Source: an uncultured Gemmatimonadota bacterium
GTDB taxonomy: Bacteria > Gemmatimonadota > Gemmatimonadetes > Palauibacterales > Palauibacteraceae
Length of the DNA: 64,000 bases
Reading direction: 5' to 3'
Assembly: GCA_964499635.1 (NCBI GenBank)
Contig: CAZCLY010000011.1
Span: 97,424 to 161,423 of the forward strand
Shown here: positions 56,849-64,000 of the stretch, piece after piece
Layout of the letters: every line of letters starts with the position of its first letter
Position numbering within the stretch: position 1 is the stretch's first letter
Position numbers and translations under genes: made by a program
The notes under the pieces: generated by a model
The model's input: only the letters and a program-made list of their open reading frames with translations
The model's database searches: none
What the model was told of the DNA's origin: nothing

Positions 56849-57189
56849 TCACCCGCACCCTCGTGTTCGTCATCGTGATCCTCGGCGCCTTCTGGTTTAC
56901 GGCCGAGAACGCGCGCGAGCTCGTGCTGATCGATTTCGCCTTCCTCAGGGTGAGGGCGTCCCTCCCGCTCGTCGTGTTCGGATCGGTCCTCGCGGGGATG
57001 GGGTTCTCGTTTATCGTCGGGTGGCGCGCCGAACGCCGCCTCGAGGCGCGCGCCGGGCGCCGCTTCCCGACCGGGGGCGGGACGCCGGACGGGTTCGGCG
57101 GACGCGACCTCGAACCCGGGCCGCCCCTGCGGGAGCTCGAGTCGGACCGGTCGGGACGCGAGGAGCCCGAGCCGCTCGAGTGGCGCTGA
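56839..57189 (+). CDS. LapA-domain small membrane protein
   Basis: TM-F..EN..V..-LPLVVF-TM pattern, downstream of miaB. Confidence 0.75.
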   Translation: MRLITRTLVFVIVILGAFWFTAENARELVLIDFAFLRVRASLPLVVFGSVLAGMGFSFIVGWRAERRLEARAGRRFPTGGGTPDGFGGRDLEPGPPLRELESDRSGREEPEPLEWR

Positions 57190-57283
57190 TGCGGCGCGGT
57201 CGGGGACCGAGCGCCCGCTCGTGATCTGGGGTTGATGTCGGCCCGGAGGCTGGCGTGGGTCCACGCCGTCCTCCGGGGGAGCC

Positions 57284-59809
57284 ACGAAGCAGCCGCCGTC
57301 CGCACTGATCGTCGCCGCCGGGGCCTACGCGGCCGGCGACGCGGTGGGTCTCGTCGTCTCGCGTGGCTCTGCCGCCGGCCATGTCTGGCCATGGGTCATC
57401 GAGGTCCTGGCGGCGTTCGCCTGCGTGATGCTCGCACGCGCGGCGCTCGGGGGGGTGGCGCCGCCCTCGCGCCCGGCAGCCCGGCGAGCCCCGACCGATC
57501 GCGTCGCATGGCCTGTGTGCGGAGCGCTCCTCGCGCTGGCGGGCCTCGCCGCCGGGACGCTCGCCGGGGCGACCGCGAGACGGGCCTGCCCGGCGTCCGT
57601 GCCGGATGGCGCGTCGGTCGCCCTCGCCGGGTCGGTCCTCGACCGGATCCCGGCGGAGGCCCGGCCCACCCGCCGCGGCCGACGCCCGGCTTCCGGGCGC
57701 GCCACCGCCCGGGTGGGGTCCGTGACGCTCGTGGCGGGCGGGCGGGTGTGCTCGCCGGGCCGGCTGCGGGTCACGCTCGAGCGCGAAGCGCGGCCGATCG
57801 ATGTCGGGACCCCCGTACTCGCCTACGGGCGCTGGAGGGTGTACGGGACTCCGGGCGGGGCCCGACCGCCAGACCGGCAGGGCTACGTGAGCATCGGCCG
57901 GGTGGTGCGGATCGAAGGCGACTCCTCCGTTGCGTGGGGGGCGCCCGGCGCGTCGCCGCCCCCGCGTCGCTTCGGCCGGGGCGTACCGATCCGCGGGGCG
58001 AGTCTCGCGGCCCGGCTGCGCGGCCGACTGGACCGCCGTCTGGACGAACGCCTCCCCGAGCCCGAGGCCGCGATCGCCCGCGCGCTGGTGCTCGCCGAGG
58101 CCACGACCCTGTCGCGCGACACGCGCCAGGCATTCGTCGACGCCGGGATCGTCCACCTGCTCGCGATCTCGGGTCTCCACGTGGGTCTCCTGGCGGCCTC
58201 CCTCACGTGGTTCCTGGGGCTGTGGGACCGCCGTCCGCGGCGCTGGCTGACGGCCGCGGCGCTCGTGTCGGCCTACGTGGCGCTCATCGGCGCCCCGCCC
58301 GCCGCCGTGCGCGCGGCGCTCCTGTTCTGGGGACATGCCCTGACCCGGTGGCGCGGCCGGCCGGCGCGGCTGTCGGATCTCGCCGGTCTGGCCGCGCTCG
58401 TGGTGCTGGCGGTTCGACCGCTCACGCTCGCGGATCCGGGCTTCCAGCTCTCCTTCGCCGGGTTCGGAGGCGTGGTCGTCGGGCACCGCCTCGGCCTGCG
58501 TCTGACAGGCGGGGCCCTTGTCGCGCATCGCCGTGGTTGTGGCCTTCTGGCCCCGTTAGCCGCCAGCGCCGGCGCGTTCGTGGCCACCGCCCCGATCGCC
58601 GCCCTCCACTTCGGGCGCGTCGTGGCCACTTCGATCCCCGCCAGCCTGGTGGCGACCGGCCTCGTGGGGCTCGCCATCCCGGCCGTGTTCGCCACCGCCG
58701 TGCTGCCGGGGCCACCCGGAGCGGCGATCGCGCCCGCCGCCGCGCTCCTGCTCCATGGTCTCGCCGCGCTGGCCCGGGGGTTCGCGTCGCTTCCCCTCCG
58801 CTGGCGCGTGGCAGCGCCGGAGAGCTGGGTGTGGGTCGGCGTCGGGGCGCTCGCCACGGCCGCGATCAAGGCCCGCCGGCCGCTCCGCTGGCGCTACGGG
58901 CTCGCGGCGGGGCTGGCGGTCGCCGCGTGGATCGGACGCCCGGGTCTGCGGGCGGCCGCCGGTCGGGGTCACCCTCTCCTGTGCACGCTCGATGTGGGGC
59001 AGGGGGATGCCGCCGTCGTGCGCACCCGGTCGGGCCGCTGGCTGCTGTTCGACGGGGGCCCCGGGACCAGCATCCTGGGCGATCAGCCGCTCGAAGGCGG
59101 GCCGCCCCCCGATCCACGCGTGGGCGATGCGGGACGCCGGGTGATCGTGCCCTTCCTGCGGGCCCGGGGCGCGCGTCGAATCGAGCTGCTCGGACTCTCC
59201 CACCCCCACCTGGACCATTTCGGGGGGACCGGGGCGGTGTTCGACGCCTTCGACGTCGCCCGGGTGGTCGACCCCGGCGTGGTCGAGCCGAGCCCGCCCT
59301 ACCGGGCTTTCCTCGCGCGGAGCGCCGAAGAAGGAGCGGTCTGGATCCGGGCCGCGGCGGGCGGGGATCTCCGGATCGACGACATCGCCGTCCACATCCT
59401 GTGGCCGCCCGTCCTCGGGCCGGGCGAGAAGATGGAGCTCGACGCGAACGAGGGCTCCTTCGCCTTCCTGCTCGACGCCGGGAGCTTCCGGTATCTGAAC
59501 ACCGGTGACGCGCCGTCCGACGTGGAGCGGGCCATCCTGTCCCGGGTGCGGGCCGATTCGCTCCGGGCCGACATCCTCAAGCTCGGGCACCACGGCAGCC
59601 GCACGTCCGGCGCGGTCGAATGGCTGCGGACGGTGCACCCCGCGATCGCGGTGATCTCGGCGGGGCGGGGGAACCGCTACGGGCACCCGCATGCGGCCAC
59701 CCTCGCGCGGCTCGATTCGGCGCACATCGCGCGAGTGTGGCGGACCGACCTCGACGGCCCGCTGTGTGTGGAGGGAGCCGCCGGGGCGTGGCGCGTGGTG
59801 GATCCGTGA
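57284..59809 (+). CDS. comEC: ComEC/Rec2 competence protein
   Basis: HLLAISGLHVG, GFQLSF, LDVGQGDA, SHPHLDH, TGDA, GHHGS and NRYGHP; start uncertain (57284-57344). Confidence 0.93.
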   Translation, partial: TKQPPSALIVAAGAYAAGDAVGLVVSRGSAAGHVWPWVIEVLAAFACVMLARAALGGVAPPSRPAARRAPTDRVAWPVCGALLALAGLAAGTLAGATARRACPASVPDGASVALAGSVLDRIPAEARPTRRGRRPASGRATARVGSVTLVAGGRVCSPGRLRVTLEREARPIDVGTPVLAYGRWRVYGTPGGARPPDRQGYVSIGRVVRIEGDSSVAWGAPGASPPPRRFGRGVPIRGASLAARLRGRLDRRLDERLPEPEAAIARALVLAEATTLSRDTRQAFVDAGIVHLLAISGLHVGLLAASLTWFLGLWDRRPRRWLTAAALVSAYVALIGAPPAAVRAALLFWGHALTRWRGRPARLSDLAGLAALVVLAVRPLTLADPGFQLSFAGFGGVVVGHRLGLRLTGGALVAHRRGCGLLAPLAASAGAFVATAPIAALHFGRVVATSIPASLVATGLVGLAIPAVFATAVLPGPPGAAIAPAAALLLHGLAALARGFASLPLRWRVAAPESWVWVGVGALATAAIKARRPLRWRYGLAAGLAVAAWIGRPGLRAAAGRGHPLLCTLDVGQGDAAVVRTRSGRWLLFDGGPGTSILGDQPLEGGPPPDPRVGDAGRRVIVPFLRARGARRIELLGLSHPHLDHFGGTGAVFDAFDVARVVDPGVVEPSPPYRAFLARSAEEGAVWIRAAAGGDLRIDDIAVHILWPPVLGPGEKMELDANEGSFAFLLDAGSFRYLNTGDAPSDVERAILSRVRADSLRADILKLGHHGSRTSGAVEWLRTVHPAIAVISAGRGNRYGHPHAATLARLDSAHIARVWRTDLDGPLCVEGAAGAWRVVDP

Positions 59810-59882
59810 GATCGCCCGTGCCGCAGGCGTTCGGCCGCCGCCGGAGCGGGAATCGACGGATCCGGTCGAGCGGGCACGCAAC

Positions 59883-59912
59883 TTGACGGTGCGAAAACGG
59901 GTGGCGAACAAT
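59883..59912 (+). promoter_or_regulatory. Putative sigma70 promoter of fbp
   Basis: TTGACG-18 bp-AACAAT. Confidence 0.5.
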
Positions 59913-59987
59913 GCCATGCGCCTCCGCGGCGACGATCGCGACCCGGGACGGGTCCTCGAGAGGATTCCCACGACGTCGGAGCCACGC

Positions 59988-60992
59988 GTGTCCAACCACA
60001 TCGTGACGGTCGAGCATTTCATCGCCGACCAGCAGCGGGTCCACCCGCACGCCACGGGCGCGTTCACCGACATCATGCTCCAGCTCACTCTGGCAGCCAA
60101 GATCATCTCGAAGGCGGTGAACAAGGCCGGCCTGGTCGACATCCTCGGCAAGGCCGGCAAGCAGAACGTGCACGGGGAGGATGTGAGGAAGCTCGATGAG
60201 TACGCCCAGGGCATCCTCGTCGAGTTCATGTCCCGTTGCGGCAGCCTGTGCGGAATCGTGTCCGAGGAGTCCGAGGACCTGGTCCCCATCCCCGAGCCGT
60301 GGGAGACCGGCCCGTACGTGATCGCGTTCGATCCGCTCGACGGAAGCACGAACATCGACGTGAACATCTCCGTCGGGACAATCTTCTCCATCTACCGCCG
60401 GAGGAGCGAGGGGGCGAGGGACGCCCAGGTGTCCGACGTGCTGCAGCCCGGGACGAAGCAGCTCGCCGCCGGATACGTCCTGTACGGCTCCTCGACCATG
60501 CTCGTGTTCACCACCGGGAACGGCGTCCACGGGTTCACGCTCGATCCGTCCATCGGGGAGTTCCTGCTCTCGCACCGCGAGATGCGGCTCCCCGAGCCCG
60601 GCAGGAACGTCTACAGCCTGAACGAGGGGTACTTCACGCAATGGACGGAGGGGCAGCAGCGGCTCGTGCGGCGCTTCCGTGGCGAGGAGGAGGGGGTGGA
60701 GGCCTTCTCGGCGCGCTACGTGGGCTCGATGGTGGCCGACTTCCACCGCACGCTGCTCCACGGCGGTATCTTCATGTACCCCGGCACGGTCGCAAAGCCC
60801 CGGGGCAAGCTCCGGCTGCTGTACGAGGTGGCCCCCCTGTCCTTCGTGTGCGAGCAGGCGGGAGGGAAGGCGAGCGATGGGGCGCGGCGAATCCTCGACC
60901 TCGTGCCCACCGAGCTCCACCAGCGGGTGCCGGTGTTCATGGGAAGCCGCGACCTGGTCGATCTGGCCGAGAGCTACCTCGCGGCCGGATAG
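59988..60992 (+). CDS. fbp: Fructose-1,6-bisphosphatase class 1
   Basis: KLD, SEE, FDPLDGS.NIDVN.SVGTIF, RYVGSMVAD.HR and GKLRLLYE. Confidence 0.96.
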   Translation: MSNHIVTVEHFIADQQRVHPHATGAFTDIMLQLTLAAKIISKAVNKAGLVDILGKAGKQNVHGEDVRKLDEYAQGILVEFMSRCGSLCGIVSEESEDLVPIPEPWETGPYVIAFDPLDGSTNIDVNISVGTIFSIYRRRSEGARDAQVSDVLQPGTKQLAAGYVLYGSSTMLVFTTGNGVHGFTLDPSIGEFLLSHREMRLPEPGRNVYSLNEGYFTQWTEGQQRLVRRFRGEEEGVEAFSARYVGSMVADFHRTLLHGGIFMYPGTVAKPRGKLRLLYEVAPLSFVCEQAGGKASDGARRILDLVPTELHQRVPVFMGSRDLVDLAESYLAAG

Positions 60993-61000
60993 AGGACCGG

Positions 61001-61041
61001 TCCACACCTCGCCGGCCCGGAGCGGGCCGGCGAGACGTGGA
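61001..61041. terminator. GC-rich hairpin between convergent genes
   Basis: CTCGCCGGCCCG-gag-CGGGCCGGCGAG with TCCAC/GTGGA extension; no clear U-tract. Confidence 0.6.
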
Positions 61042-61049
61042 GCCTCCGG

Positions 61050-64000
61050 TCAGAACCGGTACCGCAGACCCAGCTGGAACGCGCGCCGCGAGCGGCGGTC
61101 GAGCGTCGTGAACGGGTCGAGGTTCCCATCCGAATCACGGCGCGGGCCGGTATAGTCGAACAGCAGATCGCCCGTCGGATCGCCGTCCGCGGCTCCGTCG
61201 CCATCGCTGTCACGGCCCCGCAGCCGCAGGACCTCGACGCCGCGGTCGATGTTCGACGGCTGCCGGAACTCGCTCCCGAAGATGTTGAAGACGTCGGCCA
61301 CGATCTCGGCCTTGCCGCGCGCCCACACACCGGGCAGACCGACGACGAGCCGCAGGTTCACGGCGCTCTGGAACGGGCTCCGGCAGGTGTTCCGCTTCAT
61401 GATCGTGCCGCGCTGGTCGGATAGGCAGCTCTCCTCGTTGATCAGATCCTCGAAAGCGGCCGCGTCCGCCGCGTTCCGGAACGAGTACTCGGACGCCACG
61501 TCCATGGGGACGTAGATGAGGTCGTTGTCCCGGCTGATCGAGGGCGCCGACGAGCGGTAGCCGTCGCCGTTCAGGTCCTCACGCGCGATGTAGGAGTACG
61601 CCGGACCGGAGGTGCCGAAGTACTGCGGCGTCAGCGCCAGATCGAACCCGCCGCCGAGATCGAACTCGCCGGTGGCGGACAGCACGACCTTGTGCTTGAC
61701 CTCGAACGCCGAGGTGGCGAGCTCGGGGTCGTTCGGGTTCCCGCGGATCGGCGTGCGTCCGTAGTTGGAGGTCGCCTGGCTCGAGAACAGGCTCTGGAGG
61801 TCCTCGACGTCGGACCACGTGTACGAGCCGCGGAGCGAGAGCCAGTCGCCGAGACGACGATTCACCGACCCGCTGAGGAGCAGGGCGCGGTTCGCGCCCT
61901 TGTTGGTGACCTGGACGACGTGCGCGAACTCCGGCTCCGGCCGCTGCGGAGCGAAGCCGCTCGCCGTCGGCGTCCCGAACAGCGGTCGGCCGCCCTGCGA
62001 ATCGTCGAACCCGATCGGCTCCTGCGGGATGTTGAGGTCACGGAAGAACACCTGCTCCACGGCCTTCGTGTACAGCCCGTCGAGGCTCACGCTCCAGCCC
62101 CCCGGGAGCTCACGGTCGACGCCGAGCGACACCTTCAGGTCCAGCGGCAGCTGAAAGTCCGAATCGGTCACGTTGATGAACGTGAGCGAGGACGAGGGCA
62201 TCTGGCCGTTGCCGCACTGCGCCGGGCTCGTGCCGGGGTAGTTCGACGGATCGAGCGCCGGGATTCCGTCGGCCTGGCTGCAGAACAGCAGCGCCAGGTC
62301 CGCACCGGTGTTGCTGTACGCGTTCGACAGCCACACGTACGGAGGACGGCCCGAGAACAGCCCGACGCCGCCACGCAGCTGCGTCTGGTACTCGCCGAGC
62401 GAGTTCCAGTTGAATCCGAGGCGCGGCTGCCAGGAGATGTTGCCGCTCGGCGACGAGGCCGTGCTGAACCCGAACGCCTGCTCGAAGGCGGGATTCGCGC
62501 GCGGGTCGTCGAGGAAGATCGGGATGTCCGCGCGTACGCCGAGCGACAGATTGACGTGCTCGTTCATGTGCCATTGGTCCTGCACGTACAGACCCATCGA
62601 GATGGTCGACCATTTGGCGAACCCGTCGAACCCCCCGATCGGAACGTTGACTACGTAGCCGCTCGCGTTGTTGGCCTCGAGATCCCCCAGACTGTCGAAC
62701 TCGTACCGTCCGATGTACTGCGGCACGAAACCGTTCGAGAACCGGAACAGCTCGTTGTGCGTCCCGAACGTGAGCGTGTGGTCGCCGATCGCCTTCGTGA
62801 GGTTGTCGGTGAGCTGGAACACGTCCTGGTTCAGCACGTTGAGCTGCGAGAACTCCTCGGCGCCCGCCACGAGGTCCGTGGTCCGGATGTCCCCGCCCCC
62901 GAAGTCGCTCTGGACGCCTACGACCACGGCGGGCCACGGGACGGTCGGATCACGGTCGTCACGGATGGTCTCGAGCGAGGTGAGGACCTCGTTGTCCCAC
63001 GACCCGAAGCGCGAGAAGAGCTGCGCGACCCAGGAGTTGGTGACGCTCTTGAAATCGTATCCGTTGGACGTGAACGCGAGGTTGAAGTTGGTGCGGAAGG
63101 GTGAGCCGTCCTGACGCGCGCGCGAGTAGTTCCAGCGGAACACCGCGCGGTGCACTTCGGAGATGTTCCAGTCCAGCCGCGCGAACAGGTTCGTACGCGG
63201 GTTGTCGATCGAGATCTGGTCCGAGGTCCCCACGCCCTCGAACCCCAGGCCCTGCAGGATGCTCGCCAGACGCGCCGCCGAATCGGGCGCGACGTTCGCC
63301 GCCTCCGCGTTGGCATCGATCGGCCCCCCCAGCGGTACGAAGGGCGGGTTCGTGGGCTCGCTGTTGATCTCGAACTCGCCGTTGGTGAACAGGAACAGCT
63401 TGTTGCGGATCAGGGGACCGCCCAGCGTCCACCCGAACTGGGAGTCGTTGAACTCGCCGAACGGATTGCCGTTGAGATCTGCCACGAAGCTCTCGTTGGC
63501 GTAGTAACCGAACGCCGAGCCCGACCATTCGTTGGTGCCCGACTTCGTGACGGCGTTGATCAGCCCGCCCGTGAAGTTCGAGTGCCGTACGTCGAACGGC
63601 GCCGTCAACACCTGGAACTCCTCGATCGCCTCGAACGAGATGGCCTTGGCGTTGACCTGCCCGCCCGGAACGCCGCTGTCGGCCAGACCGAACACGTCGT
63701 TGTTGACCGAGCCGTCGATCTGGATGTTGTTGAACCGGTTGTTCTGCCCCGCGATCGACGGGGCCCCCTCGACGATGTTCACCTGGGGCGACAGCGCCGC
63801 GAGGCCCGTGATCTGCCGCGACAGGGTGGGGAAGCTCTCGATCTCCTCGACGGGGATCGTGGTCTCCTGCCCGGTCCTCGAGGCGCTGAAGATGGAGCTC
63901 GATTCGACCGACACGGTCAGCGGCTCCACGGTCACCGCCGTCTGCTCCAGCTCGAACGAGACGACCTCGGCTGCCGCCAGCGACACCCGGACGTCCTGCT
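61050..64000 (-). CDS. TonB-dependent receptor, Oar-like; N-terminus lies outside the window
   Basis: NNIQIDG..NND.FG, EFQV..APFDV, GG.INAVTKSGTN, YVQDQW, PRLGFNW and terminal QLGLRYRF. Confidence 0.93.
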   Translation of the reverse strand, partial: QDVRVSLAAAEVVSFELEQTAVTVEPLTVSVESSSIFSASRTGQETTIPVEEIESFPTLSRQITGLAALSPQVNIVEGAPSIAGQNNRFNNIQIDGSVNNDVFGLADSGVPGGQVNAKAISFEAIEEFQVLTAPFDVRHSNFTGGLINAVTKSGTNEWSGSAFGYYANESFVADLNGNPFGEFNDSQFGWTLGGPLIRNKLFLFTNGEFEINSEPTNPPFVPLGGPIDANAEAANVAPDSAARLASILQGLGFEGVGTSDQISIDNPRTNLFARLDWNISEVHRAVFRWNYSRARQDGSPFRTNFNLAFTSNGYDFKSVTNSWVAQLFSRFGSWDNEVLTSLETIRDDRDPTVPWPAVVVGVQSDFGGGDIRTTDLVAGAEEFSQLNVLNQDVFQLTDNLTKAIGDHTLTFGTHNELFRFSNGFVPQYIGRYEFDSLGDLEANNASGYVVNVPIGGFDGFAKWSTISMGLYVQDQWHMNEHVNLSLGVRADIPIFLDDPRANPAFEQAFGFSTASSPSGNISWQPRLGFNWNSLGEYQTQLRGGVGLFSGRPPYVWLSNAYSNTGADLALLFCSQADGIPALDPSNYPGTSPAQCGNGQMPSSSLTFINVTDSDFQLPLDLKVSLGVDRELPGGWSVSLDGLYTKAVEQVFFRDLNIPQEPIGFDDSQGGRPLFGTPTASGFAPQRPEPEFAHVVQVTNKGANRALLLSGSVNRRLGDWLSLRGSYTWSDVEDLQSLFSSQATSNYGRTPIRGNPNDPELATSAFEVKHKVVLSATGEFDLGGGFDLALTPQYFGTSGPAYSYIAREDLNGDGYRSSAPSISRDNDLIYVPMDVASEYSFRNAADAAAFEDLINEESCLSDQRGTIMKRNTCRSPFQSAVNLRLVVGLPGVWARGKAEIVADVFNIFGSEFRQPSNIDRGVEVLRLRGRDSDGDGAADGDPTGDLLFDYTGPRRDSDGNLDPFTTLDRRSRRAFQLGLRYRF

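Noticed and set aside
1-64000. tRNA/rRNA genes, IS elements, integrases, prophage
   Set aside because: None recognised. Intergenic gaps are short and no such motifs were seen (by eye only).

Overview
High-GC (visually about 70-75%), gene-dense bacterial chromosome segment with about 62 protein-coding genes. I found no rRNA, tRNA, CRISPR array, transposase or prophage. The gene content (PadR plus duplicated orphan ABC permease, two ~1000-aa BNR/VPS10-like propeller proteins, a large M14 peptidase, an Oar-type TonB-dependent receptor, many lipoproteins) suggests Gemmatimonadota; this is an inference. Layout: (1) 1-7.7 kb, a probable catabolic locus: two tandem ODP/FprA-like MBL-fold genes divergent from tctCBA, an MmgE/PrpD gene and a CocE gene. 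(2) 7.7-12.4 kb, hydrolases and peptidases. (3) 12.5-17.8 kb, the most interesting locus: a BlaI repressor, a BlaR1/M56 protease whose sensor is a HEAT-repeat solenoid, and a secreted paralogous HEAT-only protein. Three TGCTAA-N4-TTAGCA operator-like palindromes are visible, and a divergent amidohydrolase-fold lipoprotein has lost its metal-binding histidines. (4) 17.9-49.5 kb, accessory enzymes, a cold-shock gene, a PadR/ADOP module with palindromic operators, and an ECF sigma with an anti-sigma-YciI fusion. (5) 49.5-64 kb, housekeeping genes (mazG, alr, cdd, miaB, comEC, fbp) and a truncated TonB-dependent receptor. All calls come from motif recognition by eye; no database searches were run.
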